Both the position numbers and the translations under genes were made by a program. Positions 1 to 15,000 of a DNA stretch of 64,000 bases are shown one piece after another. The notes under the pieces were generated by a model. It searched no databases. It worked only from the letters and a program-made list of their open reading frames with translations, and was not told the origin of the DNA. This DNA comes from Botryllus schlosseri (lineage: Eukaryota). The first letter of the stretch is position 1; the number at the start of each line of letters is the position of its first letter. The DNA is taken from positions 11,038,001-11,102,000 of the forward strand of contig CM119372.1 of NCBI GenBank assembly GCA_051294905.1, in the 5' to 3' direction.

Positions 1-3000
1 CCATTGGGCCCATGCCGAATTGGAATCCGTTGTTTGCGTTGGCGTGAGCAATAGCGTCACCGCTTCCGTAGTGAGGTCCTCCGGCTGCGATCGCTTTAGC
101 AGCGGCGTTGTTTGCGAAGTTAAGGTTAATTCCGCCCATACCCATGCTTGCGAAGAGGTCGCCGTATTGTCCTTTGCCTCCTTCGGTGGTGACATCAACT
201 GCAAGATCGCTGTTGACGTGTGCGTCAGCGATAGCGAGAGTGTTGTCTGCTACATCGACATCGACGCCGTGACCGCCAGAATGATCACCGTCCACGTTGA
301 CGGCGAGTCCCATTGGGCCCATGCCGAATTGGAATCCGTTGTTTGCGTTGGCGTGAGCAATAGCGTCACCGCTTCCGTAGTGAGGTCCTCCGGCTGCGAT
401 CGCTTTAGCAGCGGCGTTGTTTGCGAAGTTAAGGTTAATTCCGCCCATACCCATGCTTGCGAAGAGGTCGCCGTATTGTCCTTTGCCTCCTTCGGTGGTG
501 ACATCAACTGCAAGATCGCTGTTGACGTGTGCGTCAGCGATAGCGAGAGTGTTGTCTGCTACATCGACATCGACGCCGTGACCGCCAGAATGATCACCGT
601 CCACGTTGACGGCGAGTCCCATTGGGCCCATGCCGAATTGGAATCCGTTGTTTGCGTTGGCGTGAGCAATAGCGTCACTGCTTCCGTAGTGAGGTCCTCC
701 GGCTGCGATCGCTTTAGCAGCGGCGTTGTTTGCGAAGTTAAGGTTGATTCCGCCCATACCCATGCTTGCGAAGAGGTCGCCGTATTGTCCTTTGCCTCCT
801 TCGGTGGTGACATCAACTGCAAGATCGCTGTTGACGTGTGCGTCAGCGATAGCGAGAGTGTTGTCTGCTACATCGACATCGACGCCGTGACCGTCAGAAT
901 GATCACCGTCCACGTTGACGGCGAGTCCCATTGGGCCCATGCCGAATTGGAATCCGTTGTTTGCGTTGGCGTGAGCAATAGCGTCACCGCTTCCGTAGTG
1001 AGGTCCTCCGGCTGCGATCGCTTTAGCAGCGGCGTTGTTTGCGAAGTTAAGGTTAATTCCGCCCATACCCATGCTTGCGAAGAGGTCGCCGTATTGTCCT
1101 TTGCCTCCTTCGGTGGTGACATCAACTGCAAGATCGCTGTTGACGTGTGCGTCAGCGATAGCGAGAGTGTTGTCTGCTACATCGACATCGACGCCGTGAC
1201 CGCCAGAATGATCACCGTCCACGTTGACGGCGAGTCCCATTGGGCCCATGCCGAATTGGAATCCGTTGTTTGCGTTGGCGTGAGCAATAGCGTCACCGCT
1301 TCCGTAGTGAGGTCCTCCGGCTGCGATCGCTTTAGCAGCGGCGTTGTTTGCGAAGTTAAGGTTAATTCCGCCCATACCCATGCTTGCGAAGAGGTCGCCG
1401 TATTGTCCTTTGCCTCCTTCGGTGGTGACATCAACTGCAAGATCGCTGTTGACGTGTGCGTCAGCGATAGCGAGAGTGTTGTCTGCTACATCGACATCGA
1501 CGCCGTGACCGCCAGAATGATCACCGTCCACGTTGACGGCGAGTCCCATTGGGCCCATGCCGAATTGGAATCCGTTGTTTGCGTTGGCGTGAGCAATAGC
1601 GTCACCGCTTCCGTAGTGAGGTCCTCCGGCTGCGATCGCTTTAGCAGCGGCGTTGTTTGCGAAGTTAAGGTTAATTCCGCCCATACCCATGCTTGCGAAG
1701 AGGTCGCCGTATTGTCCTTTGCCTCCTTCGGTGGTGACATCAACTGCAAGATCGCTGTTGACGTGTGCGTCAGCGATAGCGAGAGTGTTGTCTGCTACAT
1801 CGACATCGACGCCGTGACCGCCAGAATGATCACCGTCCACGTTGACGGCGAGTCCCATTGGGCCCATGCCGAATTGGAATCCGTTGTTTGCGTTGGCGTG
1901 AGCAATAGCGTCACCGCTTCCGTAGTGAGGTCCTCCGGCTGCGATCGCTTTAGCAGCGGCGTTGTTTGCGAAGTTAAGGTTAATTCCGCCCATACCCATG
2001 CTTGCGAAGAGGTCGCCGTATTGTCCTTTGCCTCCTTCGGTGGTGACATCAACTGCAAGATCGCTGTTGACGTGTGCGTCAGCGATAGCGAGAGTGTTGT
2101 CTGCTACATCGACATCGACGCCGTGACCGCCAGAATGATCACCGTCCACGTTGACGGCGAGTCCCATTGGGCCCATGCCGAATTGGAATCCGTTGTTTGC
2201 GTTGGCGTGAGCAATAGCGTCACCGCTTCCGTAGTGAGGTCCTCCGGCCGCCATCGCTTTAGCAGCGGCGTTGTTTGCGAAGTTAAGGTTAATTCCGCCC
2301 ATACCCATGCTTGCGAAGAGGTCGCCGTATTGTCCTTTGCCACCTTCGGTGGTGACATCAACTGCAAGATCGCTGTTGACGTGTGCGTCAGCGATAGCGA
2401 GAGTGTTGTCTGCTACATCGACATCGACGCCGTGACCGCCAGAATGATCTCCGTCCACGTTGACGGCGAGTCCCATTGGGCCCATGCCGAATTGGAATCC
2501 GTTGTTTGCGTTGGCGTGAGCAATAGCGTCACCGCTTCCGTAGTGAGGTCCTCCGGCTGCAATCGCTTTAGCAGCGGCGTTGTTTGCGAAGTTAAGGTTA
2601 ATTCCGCCCATACCCATGCTTGCGAAGAGGTCGCCGTATTGTCCTTTGCCTCCTTCGGTGGTGACATCAACTGCAAGATCGCTGTTGACGTGTGCGTCAG
2701 CGATAGCGAGAGTGTTGTCTGCTACATCGACATCGACGCCGTGACCGCCAGAATGATCACCGTCCACGTTGACGGCGAGTCCCATTGGGCCCATGCCGAA
2801 TTGGAATCCGTTGTTTGCGTTGGCGTGAGCAATAGCGTCACCGCTTCCGTAGTGAGGTCCTCCGGCTGCGATCGCTTTAGCAGCGGCGTTGTTTGCGAAG
2901 TTAAGGTTAATTCCGCCCATACCCATGCTTGCGAAGAGGTCGCCGTATTGTCCTTTGCCTCCTTCGGTGGTGACATCAACTGCAAGATCGCTGTTGACGT

Positions 3001-6000
3001 GTGCGTCAGCGATAGCGAGAGTGTTGTCTGCTACATCGACATCGACGCCGTGACCGCCAGAATGATCACCGTCCACGTTGACGGCGAGTCCCATTGGGCC
3101 CATGCCGAATTGGAATCCGTTGTTTGCGTTGGCGTGAGCAATAGCGTCACCGCTTCCGTAGTGAGGTCCTCCGGCTGCGATCGCTTTAGCAGCGGCGTTG
3201 TTTGCGAAGTTAAGGTTAATTCCGCCCATACCCATGCTTGCGAAGAGGTCGCCGTATTGTCCTTTGCCTCCTTCGGTGGTGACATCAACTGCAAGATCGC
3301 TGTTGACGTGTGCGTCAGCGATAGCGAGAGTGTTGTCTGCTACATCGACATCGACGCCGTGACCGCCAGAATGATCACCGTCCACGTTGACGGCGAGTCC
3401 CATTGGGCCCATGCCGAATTGGAATCCGTTGTTTGCGTTGGCGTGAGCAATAGCGTCACCGCTTCCGTAGTGAGGTCCTCCGGCTGCGATCGCTTTAGCA
3501 GCGGCGTTGTTTGCGAAGTTAAGGTTAATTCCGCCCATACCCATGCTTGCGAAGAGGTCGCCGTATTGTCCTTTGCCTCCTTCGGTGGTGACATCAACTG
3601 CAAGATCGCTGTTGACGTGTGCGTCAGCGATAGCGAGAGTGTTGTCTGCTACATCGACATCGACGCCGTGACCGCCAGAATGATCACCGTCCACGTTGAC
3701 GGCGAGTCCCATTGGGCCCATGCCGAATTGGAATCCGTTGTTTGCGTTGGCGTGAGCAATAGCGTCACCGCTTCCGTAGTGAGGTCCTCCGGCCGCCATC
3801 GCTTTAGCAGCGGCGTTGTTTGCGAAGTTAAGGTTAATTCCGCCCATACCCATGCTTGCGAAGAGATCGCCGTATTGTCCTTTGCCACCTTCGGTGGTGA
3901 CATCAACTATAAGATCGCTGTTGACGTGTGCGTCAGCGATAGCGAGAGTGTTGTCTGCTACATCGACATCGACGCCGTGACCGCCAGAATGATCACCGTC
4001 CACGTTGACGGCGAGTCCCATTGGGCCCATGCCGAATTGGAATCCGTTGTTTGCGTTGGCGTGAGCAATAGCGTCACCGCTTCCGTAGTGAGGTCCTCCG
4101 GCTGCGATCGCTTTAGCAGCGGCGTTGTTTGCGAAGTTAAGGTTAATTCCGCCCATACCCATGCTTGCGAAGAGGTCGCCGTATTGTCCTTTGCCTCCTT
4201 CGGTGGTGACATCAACTGCAAGATCGCTGTTGACGTGTGCGTCAGCGATAGCGAGAGTGTTGTCTGCTACATCGACATCGACGCCGTGACCGCCAGAATC
4301 ATCACCGTCCACGTTGACGGCGAGTCCCATTGGGCCCATGCCGAATTGGAATCCGTTGTTTGCGTTGGCGTGAGCAATAGCGTCACCGCTTCCGTAGTGA
4401 GGTCCTCCGGCTGCGATCGCTTTAGCAGCGGCGTTGTTTGCGAAGTTAAGGTTAATTCCGCCCATACCCATGCTTGCGAAGAGGTCGCCGTATTTTCCTT
4501 TGCCTCCTTCGGTGGTGACATCAACTGCAAGATCGCTGTTGACGTGTGCGTCAGCGATAGCGAGAGTGTTGTCTGCTACATCGACATCGACGCCGTGACC
4601 GCCAGAATGATCACCGTCCACGTTGACGGCGAGTCCCATTGGGCCCATGCCGAATTGGAATCCGTTGTTTGCGTTGGCGTGAGCAATAGCGTCACCGCTT
4701 CCGTAGTGAGGTCCTCCGGCTGCGATCGCTTTAGCAGCGGCGTTGTTTGCGAAGTTAAGGTTAATTCCGCCCATACCCATGCTTGCGAAGAGGTCGCCGT
4801 ATTGTCCTTTGCCTCCTTCGGTGGTGACATCAACTGCAAGATCGCTGTTGACGTGTGCGTCAGCGATAGCGAGAGTGTTGTCTGCTACATCGACATCGAC
4901 GCCGTGACCGCCAGAATGATCACCGTCCACGTTGACGGCGAGTCCCATTGGGCCCATGCCGAATTGGAATCCGTTGTTTGCGTTGGCGTGAGCAATAGCG
5001 TCACCACTTCCGTAGTGAGGTCCTCCGGCTGCGATCGCTTTAGCAGCGGCGTTGTTTGCGAAGTTAAGGTTAATTCCGCCCATACCCATGCTTGCGAAGA
5101 GGTCGCCGTATTGTCCTTTGCCTCCTTCGGTGGTGACATCAACTGCAAGATCGCTGTTGACGTGTGCGTCAGCGATAGCGAGAGTGTTGTCTGCTACATC
5201 GACATCGACGCCGTGACCGCCAGAATGATCACCGTCCACGTTGACGGCGAGTCCCATTGGGCCCATGCCGAATTGGAATCCGTTGTTTGCGTTGGCGTGA
5301 GCAATAGCGTCACCGCTTCCGTAGTGAGGTCCTCCGGCTGCAATCGCTTTAGCAGCGGCGTTGTTTGCGAAGTTAAGGTTAATTCCGCCCATACCCATGC
5401 TTGCGAAGAGGTCGCCGTATTGTCCTTTGCCTCCTTCGGTGGTGACATCAACTGCAAGATCGCTGTTGACGTGTGCGTCAGCGATAGCGAGAGTGTTGTC
5501 TGCTACATCGACATCGACGCCGTGACCGCCAGAATGATCACCGTCCACGTTGACGGCGAGTCCCATTGGGCCCATGCCGAATTGGAATCCGTTGTTTGCG
5601 TTGGCGTGAGCAATAGCGTCACCGCTTCCGTAGTGAGGTCCTCCGGCTGCGATCGCTTTAGCAGCGGCGTTGTTTGCGAAGTTAAGGTTAATTCCGCCCA
5701 TACCCATGCTTGCGAAGAGGTCGCCGTATTGTCCTTTGCCTCCTTCGGTGGTGACATCAACTGCAAGATCGCTGTTGACGTGTGCGTCAGCGATAGCGAG
5801 AGTGTTGTCTGCTACATCGACATCGACGCCGTGACCGCCAGAATGATCACCGTCCACGTTGACGGCGAGTCCCATTGGGCCCATGCCGAATTGGAATCCG
5901 TTGTTTGCGTTGGCGTGAGCAATAGCGTCACCGCTTCCGTAGTGAGGTCCTCCGGCTGCGATCGCTTTAGCAGCGGCGTTGTTTGCGAAGTTAAGGTTAA

Positions 6001-9000
6001 TTCCGCCCATACCCATGCTTGCGAAGAGGTCGCCGTATTGTCCTTTGCCTCCTTCGGTGGTGACATCAACTGCAAGATCGCTGTTGACGTGTGCGTCAGC
6101 GATAGCGAGAGTGTTGTCTGCTACATCGACATCGACGCCGTGACCGCCAGAATGATCACCGTCCACGTTGACGGCGAGTCCCATTGGGCCCATGCCGAAT
6201 TGGAATCCGTTGTTTGCGTTGGCGTGAGCAATAGCGTCACCGCTTCCGTAGTGAGGTCCTCCGGCTGCGATCGCTTTAGCAGCGGCGTTGTTTGCGAAGT
6301 TAAGGTTAATTCCGCCCATACCCATGCTTGCGAAGAGGTCGCCGTATTGTCCTTTGCCTCCTTCGGTGGTGACATCAACTGCAAGATCGCTGTTGACGTG
6401 TGCGTCAGCGATAGCGAGAGTGTTGTCTGCTACATCGACATCGACGCCGTGACCGCCAGAATGATCACCGTCCACGTTGACGGCGAGTCCCATTGGGCCC
6501 ATGCCGAATTGGAATCCGTTGTTTGCGTTGGCGTGAGCAATAGCGTCACCGCTTCCGTAGTGAGGTCCTCCGGCCGCCATCGCTTTAGCAGCGGCGTTGT
6601 TTGCGAAGTTAAGGTTAATTCCGCCCATGCCCATGCTTGCGAAGAGGTCGCCGTATTGTCCTTTGCCTCCTTCGGTGGTGACATCAACTGCAAGATCGCT
6701 GTTGACGTGTGCGTCAGCGATAGCTAGAGTGTTGTCTGCTACATCGACATCGACGCCGTGACCGCCAGAATGATCACCGTCCACGTTAACGGCGAGTCCC
6801 ATTGGGCCCATGCCGAATTGGAATCCGTTATTTGCGTTGGCGTGAGCAATAGCGTCACCGCTTCCGTAGTGAGGTCCTCCGGCTGCGATCGCTTTAGCAG
6901 CGGCGTTGTTTGCGAAGTTAAGCTTAATACCGCCCATACCCATGCTTGCGAAGAGGTCGCCGTATTGTCCTTTGCCTCCTTCGGTGGTTACATCAACTGC
7001 AAGATCGCTGTTGACGTGTGCGTCAGCGATAGCGAGAGTGTTGTCTGCTACATCGACATCGACGCCGTGACCGCCAGAATGATCACCGTCCACGTTGACG
7101 GCGAGTCCCATTGGGCCCATGCCGAATTGGAATCCGTTGTTTGCGTTGGCGTGAGCAATAGCGTCACCGCTTCCGTAGTGAGGTCCTCCGGCTGCGATCG
7201 CTTTAGCAGCGGCGTTGTTTGCGAAGTTAAGGTTAATTCCGCCCATACCCATGCTTGCGAAGAGGTCGCCGTATTGTCCTTTGCCTCCTTCGGTGGTGAC
7301 ATCAACTGCAAGATCGCTGTTGACGTGTGCGTCAGCGATAGCGAGAGTGTTGTCTGCTACATCGACATCGACGCCGTGACCGCCAGAATGATCACCGTCC
7401 ACGTTGACGGCGAGTCCCATTGGGCCCATGCCGAATTGGAATCCGTTGTTTGCGTTGGCGTGAGCAATAGCGTCACCGCTTCCGTAGTGAGGTCCTCCGG
7501 CTGCGATCGCTTTAGCAGCGGCGTTGTTTGCGAAGTTAAGGTTAATTCCGCCCATACCCATGCTTGCGAAGAGGTCGCCGTATTGTCCTTTGCCTCCTTC
7601 GGTGGTGACATCAACTGCAAGATCGCTGTTGACGTGTGCGTCAGCGATAGCGAGAGTGTTGTCTGCTACATCGACATCGACGCCGTGACCGCCAGAATGA
7701 TCACCGTCCACGTTGACGGCGAGTCCCATTGGGCCCATGCCGAATTGGAATCCGTTGTTTGCGTTGGCGTGAGCAATAGCGTCACCGCTTCCGTAGTGAG
7801 GTCCTCCGGCTGCGATCGCTTTAGCAGCGGCGTTGTTTGCGAAGTTAAGGTTAATTCCGCCCATACCCATGCTTGCGAAGAGGTCGCCGTATTGTCCTTT
7901 GCCTCCTTCGGTGGTGACATCAACTGCAAGATCGCTGTTGACGTGTGCGTCAGCGATAGCGAGAGTGTTGTCTGCTACATCGACATCGACGCCGTGACCG
8001 CCAGAATGATCACCGTTCACGTTGATGGCGAGTCCCATTGGGCCCATGCCGAATTGGAATCCGTTGTTTGCGTTGGCGTGAGCAATAGCGTCACCGCTTC
8101 CGTAGTGAGGTCCTCCGGCTGCGATCGCTTTAGCAGCGGCGTTGTTTGCGAAGTTAAGGTTAATTCCGCCCATACCCATGCTTGCGAAGAGGTCGCCGTA
8201 TTGTCCTTTGCCTCCTTCGGTGGTGACATCAACTGCAAGATCGCTGTTGACGTGTGCGTCAGCGATAGCGAGAGTGTTGTCTGCTACATCGACATCGACG
8301 CCGTGACCGCCAGAATGATCACCGTCCACGTTGACGGCGAGTCCCATTGGGCCCATGCCGAATTGGAATCCGTTGTTTGCGTTGGCGTGAGCAATAGCGT
8401 CACCGCTTCCGTAGTGAGGTCCTCCGGCTGCGATCGCTTTAGCAGCGGCGTTGTTTGCGAAGTTAAGGTTAATTCCGCCCATACCCATGCTTGCGAAGAG
8501 GTCGCCGTATTGTCCTTTGCCTCCTTCGGTGGTGACATCAACTGCAAGATCGCTGTTGACGTGTGCGTCAGCGATAGCGAGAGTGTTGTCTGCTACATCG
8601 ACATCGACGCCGTGACCGCCAGAATGATCACCGTCCACGTTGACGGCGAGTCCCATTGGGCCCATGTCGAATTGGAATCCGTTGTTTGCGTTGGCGTGAG
8701 CAATAGCGTCACCGCTTCCGTAGTGAGGTCCTCCGGCTGCGATCGCTTTAGCAGCGGCGTTGTTTGCGAAGTTAAGGTTAATTCCGCCCATACCCATGCT
8801 TGCGAAGAGTTCGCCGTATTGTCCTTTGCCTCCTTCGGTTGTGACATCAACTGCATGATCGCTGTTGACGTGTGCGTCAGCGATAGCGAGAGTGTTGTCT
8901 GCTACATCGACATCGACGCCGTGACCGCCAGAATGATCACCGTCCACGTTGACGGCGAGTCCCATTGGGCCCATGCCGAATTGGAATCCGTTGTTTGCGT

Positions 9001-12000
9001 TGGCGTGAGCAATAGCGTCACCGCTTCCGTAGTGAGGTCCTCCGGCTGCGATCGCTTTAGCAGCGGCGTTGTTTGCAAAGTTAAGGTTAATTTCGCCCAT
9101 ACCCATGCTTGCGAAGAGGTCGCCGTATTGTCCTTTGCCTCCTTCGGTGGTGACATCAACTGCAAGATCGCTGTTGACGTGTGCGTCAGCGATAGCGAGA
9201 GTGTTGTCTGCTACATCGACATCGACGCCGTGACCGCCAGAATGATCACCGTCCACGTTGACGGCGAGTCCCATTGGGCCCATGCCGAATTGGAATCCGT
9301 TGTTTGCGTTGGCGTGAGCAATAGCGTCACCGCTTCCGTAGTGAGGTCCTCCGGCTGCGATCGCTTTAGCAGCGGCGTTGTTTGCGAAGTTAAGGTTAAT
9401 TCCGCCCATACCCATGCTTGCGAAGAGGTCGCCGTATTGTCCTTTGCCTCCTTCGGTGGTGACATCAACTGCAAGATCGCTGTTGACGTGTGCGTCAGCG
9501 ATAGCGAGAGTGTTGTCTGCTACATCGACATCGACGCCGTGACCGCCAGAATGATCACCGTCCACGTTGACGGCGAGTCCCATTGGGCCCATGCCGAATT
9601 GGAATCCGTTGTTTGCGTTGGCGTGAGCAATAGCGTCACCGCTTCCGTAGTGAGGTCCTCCGGCTGCGATCGCTTTAGCAGCGGCGGTGTTTGCGAAGTT
9701 AAGGTTAATTCCGCCCATACCCATGCTTGCGAAGAGGTCGCCGTATTGTCCTTTGCCTCCTTCGGTGGTGACATCAACTGCAAGATCGCTGTTGACGTGT
9801 GCGTCAGCGATAGCGAGAGTGTTGTCTGCTACATCGACATCGACGCCGTGACCGCCAGAATGATCACCGTCCACGTTGACGGCGAGTCCCATTGGGCCCA
9901 TGCCGAATTGGAATCCGTTGTTTGCGTTGGCGTGAGCAATAGCGTCACCGCTTCCGTAGTGAGGTCCTCCGGCTGCGATCGCTTTAGCAGCGGCGTTGTT
10001 TGCGAAGTTAAGGTTAATTCCGCCCATACCCATGCTTGCGAAGAGGTCGCCGTATTGTCCTTTGCCTCCTTCGGTGGTGACATCAACTGCAAGATCGCTG
10101 TTGACGTGTGCGTCAGCGATAGCGAGAGTGTTGTCTGCTACATCGACATCGACGCCGTGACCGCCAGAATGATCACCGTCCACGTTGACGGCGAGTCCCA
10201 TTGGGCCCATGCCGAATTGGAATCCGTTGTTTGCGTTGGCGTGAGCAATAGCGTCACCGCTTCCGTAGTGAGGTCCTCCGGCTGCGATCGCTTTAGCAGC
10301 GGCGTTGTTTGCGAAGTTAAGGTTAATTCCGCCCATACCCATGCTTGCGAAGAGGTCGCCGTATTGTCCTTTGCCTCCTTCGGTGGTGACATCAACTGCA
10401 AGATCGCTGTTGACGTGTGCGTCAGCGATAGCGAGAGTGTTGTCTGCTACATCGACATCGACGCCGTGACCGCCAGAATGATCACCGTCCACGTTGACGG
10501 CGAGTCCCATTGGGCCCATGCCGAATTGGAATCCGTTGTTTGCGTTGGCGTGAGCAATAGCGTCACCGCTTCCGTAGTGAGGTCCTCCGGCTGCCATCGC
10601 TTTAGCAGCGGCGTTGTTTGCGAAGTTAAGGTTAATTCCGCCCATACCCATGCTTGCGAAGAGGTCGCCGTATTGTCCTTTGCCTCCTTCGGTGGTGACA
10701 TCAACTGCAAGATCGCTGTTGACGTGTGCGTCAGCGATAGCGAGAGTGTTGTCTGCTACATCGACATCGACGCCGTGACCGCCAGAATGATCACCGTCCA
10801 CGTTGACGGCGAGTCCCATTGGGCCCATGCCGAATTGGAATCCGTTGTTTGCGTTGGCGTGAGCAATAGCGTCACCGCTTCCGTAGTGAGGTCCTCCGGC
10901 TGCGATCGCTTTAGCAGCGGCGTTGTTTGCGAAGTTAAGGTTAATTCCGCCCATACCCATGCTTGCGAAGAGGTCGCCGTATTGTCCTTTGCCTCCTTCG
11001 GTGGTGACATCAACTGCAAGATCGCTGTTGACGTGTGCGTCAGCGATAGCGAGAGTGTTGTCTGCTACATCGACATCGACGCCGTGACCGCCAGAATGAT
11101 CACCGTCCACGTTGACGGCGAGTCCCATTGGGCCCATGCCGAATTGGAATCCGTTGTTTGCGTTGGCGTGAGCAATAGCGTCACCGCTTCCGTAGTGAGG
11201 TCCTCCGGCTGCCATCGCTTTAGCAGCGGCGTTGTTTGCGAAGTTAAGGTTAATTCCGCCCATACCCATGCTTGCGAAGAGGTCGCCGTATTGTCCTTTG
11301 CCTCCTTCGGTGGTGACATCAACTGCAAGATCGCTGTTGACGTGTGCGTCAGCGATAGCGAGAGTGTTGTCTGCTACATCGACATCGACGCCGTGACCGC
11401 CAGAATGATCACCGTCCACGTTGACGGCGAGTCCCATTGGGCCCATGCCGAATTGGAATCCGTTGTTTGCGTTGGCGTGAGCAATAGCGTCACCGCTTCC
11501 GTAGTGAGGTCCTCCGGCTGCGATCGCTTTAGCAGCGGCGTTGTTTGCGAAGTTAAGGTTAATTCCGCCCATACCCATGCTTGCGAAGAGGTCGCCGTAT
11601 TGTCCTTTGCCTCCTTCGGTGGTGACATCAACTGCAAGATCGCTGTTGACGTGTGCGTCAGCGATAGCGAGAGTGTTGTCTGCTACATCGACATCGACGC
11701 CGTGACCGCCAGAATGATCACCGTCCACGTTGACGGCGAGTCCCATTGGGCCCATGCCGAATTGGAATCCGTTGTTTGCGTTGGCGTGAGCAATAGCGTC
11801 ACCGCTTCCGTAGTGAGGTCCTCCGGCTGCAATCGCTTTAGCAGCGGCGTTGTTTGCGAAGTTAAGGTTAATTCCGCCCATACCCATGCTTGCGAAGAGG
11901 TCGCCGTATTGTCCTTTGCCTCCTTCGGTGGTGACATCAACTGCAAGATCGCTGTTGACGTGTGCGTCAGCGATAGCGAGAGTGTTGTCTGCTACATCGA

Positions 12001-15000
12001 CATCGACGCCGTGACCGCCAGAATGATCACCGTCCACGTTGACGGCGAGTCCCATTGGGCCCATGCCGAATTGGAATCCGTTGTTTGCGTTGGCGTGAGC
12101 AATAGCGTCACCGCTTCCGTAGTGAGGTCCTCCGGCTGCAATCGCTTTAGCAGCGGCGTTGTTTGCGAAGTTAAGGTTAATTCCGCCCATACCCATGCTT
12201 GCGAAGAGGTCGCCGTATTGTCCTTTGCCTCCTTCGGTGGTGACATCAACTGCAAGATCGCTGTTGACGTGTGCGTCAGCGATAGCGAGAGTGTTGTCTG
12301 CTACATCGACATCGACGCCGTGACCGCCAGAATGATCACCGTCCACGTTGACGGCGAGTCCCATTGGGCCCATGCCGAATTGGAATCCGTTGTTTGCGTT
12401 GGCGTGAGCAATAGCGTCACCGCTTCCGTAGTGAGGTCCTCCGGCTGCCATCGCTTTAGCAGCGGCGTTGTTTGCGAAGTTAAGGTTAATTCCGCCCATA
12501 CCCATGCTTGCGAAGAGGTCGCCGTATTGTCCTTTGCCTCCTTCGGTGGTGACATCAACTGCAAGATCGCTGTTGACGTGTGCGTCAGCGATAGCGAGAG
12601 TGTTGTCTGCTACATCGACATCGACGCCGTGACCGCCAGAATGATCACCGTCCACGTTGACGGCGAGTCCCATTGGGCCCATGCCGAATTGGAATCCGTT
12701 GTTTGCGTTGGCGTGAGCAATAGCGTCACCGCTTCCGTAGTGAGGTCCTCCGGCTGCGATCGCTTTAGCAGCGGCGTTGTTTGCGAAGTTAAGGTTAATT
12801 CCGCCCATACCCATGCTTGCGAAGAGGTCGCCGTATTGTCCTTTGCCTCCTTCGGTGGTGACATCAACTGCAAGATCGCTGTTGACGTGTGCGTCAGCGA
12901 TAGCGAGAGTGTTGTCTGCTACATCGACATCGACGCCGTGACCGCCAGAATGATCACCGTCCACGTTGACGGCGAGTCCCATTGGGCCCATGCCGAATTG
13001 GAATCCGTTGTTTGCGTTGGCGTGAGCAATAGCGTCACCGCTTCCGTAGTGAGGTCCTCCGGCTGCGATCGCTTTAGCAGCGGCGTTGTTTGCGAAGTTA
13101 AGGTTAATTCCGCCCATACCCATGCTTGCGAAGAGGTCGCCGTATTGTCCTTTGCCTCCTTCGGTGGTGACATCAACTGCAAGATCGCTGTTGACGTGTG
13201 CGTCAGCGATAGCGAGAGTGTTGTCTGCTACATCGACATCGACGCCGTGACCGCCAGAATGATCACCGTCCACGTTGACGGCGAGTCCCATTGGGCCCAT
13301 GCCGAATTGGAATCCGTTGTTTGCGTTGGCGTGAGCAATAGCGTCACCGCTTCCGTAGTGAGGTCCTCCGGCTGCGATCGCTTTAGCAGCGGCGTTGTTT
13401 GCGAAGTTAAGGTTAATTCCGCCCATACCCATGCTTGCGAATAGGTCGCCGTATTGTCCTTTGCCTCCTTCGGTGGTGACATCAACTGCAAGATCGCTGT
13501 TGACGTGTGCGTCAGCGATAGCGAGAGTGTTGTCTGCTACATCGACATCGACGCCGTGACCGCCAGAATGATCACCGTCCACGTTGACGGCGAGTCCCAT
13601 TGGGCCCATGCCGAATTGGAATCCGTTGTTTGCGTTGGCGTGAGCAATAGCGTCACCGCTTCCGTAGTGAGGTCCTCCGGCTGCGATCGCTTTAGCAGCG
13701 GCGTTGTTTGCGAAGTTAAGGTTAATTCCGCCCATACCCATGCTTGCGAAGAGGTCGCCGTATTGTCCTTTGCCTCCTTCGGTGGTGACATCAACTGCAA
13801 GATCGCTGTTGACGTGTGCGTCAGCGATAGCGAGAGTGTTGTCTGCTACATCGACATCGACGCCGTGACCGCCAGAATGATCACCGTCCACGTTGACGGC
13901 GAGTCCCATTGGGCCCATGCCGAATTGGAATCCGTTGTTTGCGTTGGCGTGAGCAATAGCGTCACCGCTTCCGTAGTGAGGTCCTCCGGCTGCGATCGCT
14001 TTAGCAGCGGCGTTGTTTGCGAAGTTAAGGTTAATTCCGCCCATACCCATGCTTGCGAAGAGGTCGCCGTATTGTCCTTTGCCTCCTTCGGTGGTGACAT
14101 CAACTGCAAGATCGCTGTTGACGTGTGCGTCAGCGATAGCGAGAGTGTTGTCTGCTACATCGACATCGACGCCGTGACCGCCAGAATGATCACCGTCCAC
14201 GTTGACGGCGAGTCCCATTGGGCCCATTCCGAATTGGAATCCGTTGTTTGCGTTGGCGTGAGCAATAGCGTCACCGCTTCCGTAGTGAGGTCCTCCGGCT
14301 GCGATCGCTTTAGCGGCGGCGTTGTTTGCGAAGTTAAGGTTAATTCCGCCCATACCCATGCTTGCGAAGAGGTCGCCGTATTGTCCTTTGCCTCCTTCGG
14401 TGGTGACATCAACTGCAAGATCGCTGTTGACGTGTGCGTCAGCGATAGCGAGAGTGTTGTCTGCTACATCGACATCGACGCCGTGACCGCCAGAATGATC
14501 ACCGTCCACGTTGACGGCGAGTCCCATTGGGCCCATTCCGAATTGGAATCCGTTGTTTGCGTTGGCGTGAGCAATAGCGTCACCGCTTCCGTAGTGAGGT
14601 CCTCCGGCTGCGATCGCTTTAGCGGCGGCGTTGTTTGCGAAGTTAAGGTTAATTCCGCCCATACCCATGCTTGCGAAGAGGTCGCCGTATTGTCCTTTGC
14701 CTCCTTCGGTGGTGACATCAACTGCAAGATCGCTGTTGACGTGTGCGTCAGCGATAGCGAGAGTGTTGTCTGCTACATCGACATCGACGCCGTGACCGCC
14801 AGAATGATCACCGTCCACGTTGACGGTGAGTCCCATTGGGCCCATGCCGAATTGGAATCCGTTGTTTGCGTTGGCGTGAGCAATAGCGTCACCGCTTCCG
14901 TAGTGAGGTCCTCCGGCTGCGATCGCTTTAGCAGCGGCGTTGTTTGCGAAGTTAAGGTTAATTCCACCCATACCCATGCTTGCGAAGAGGTCGCCGTATT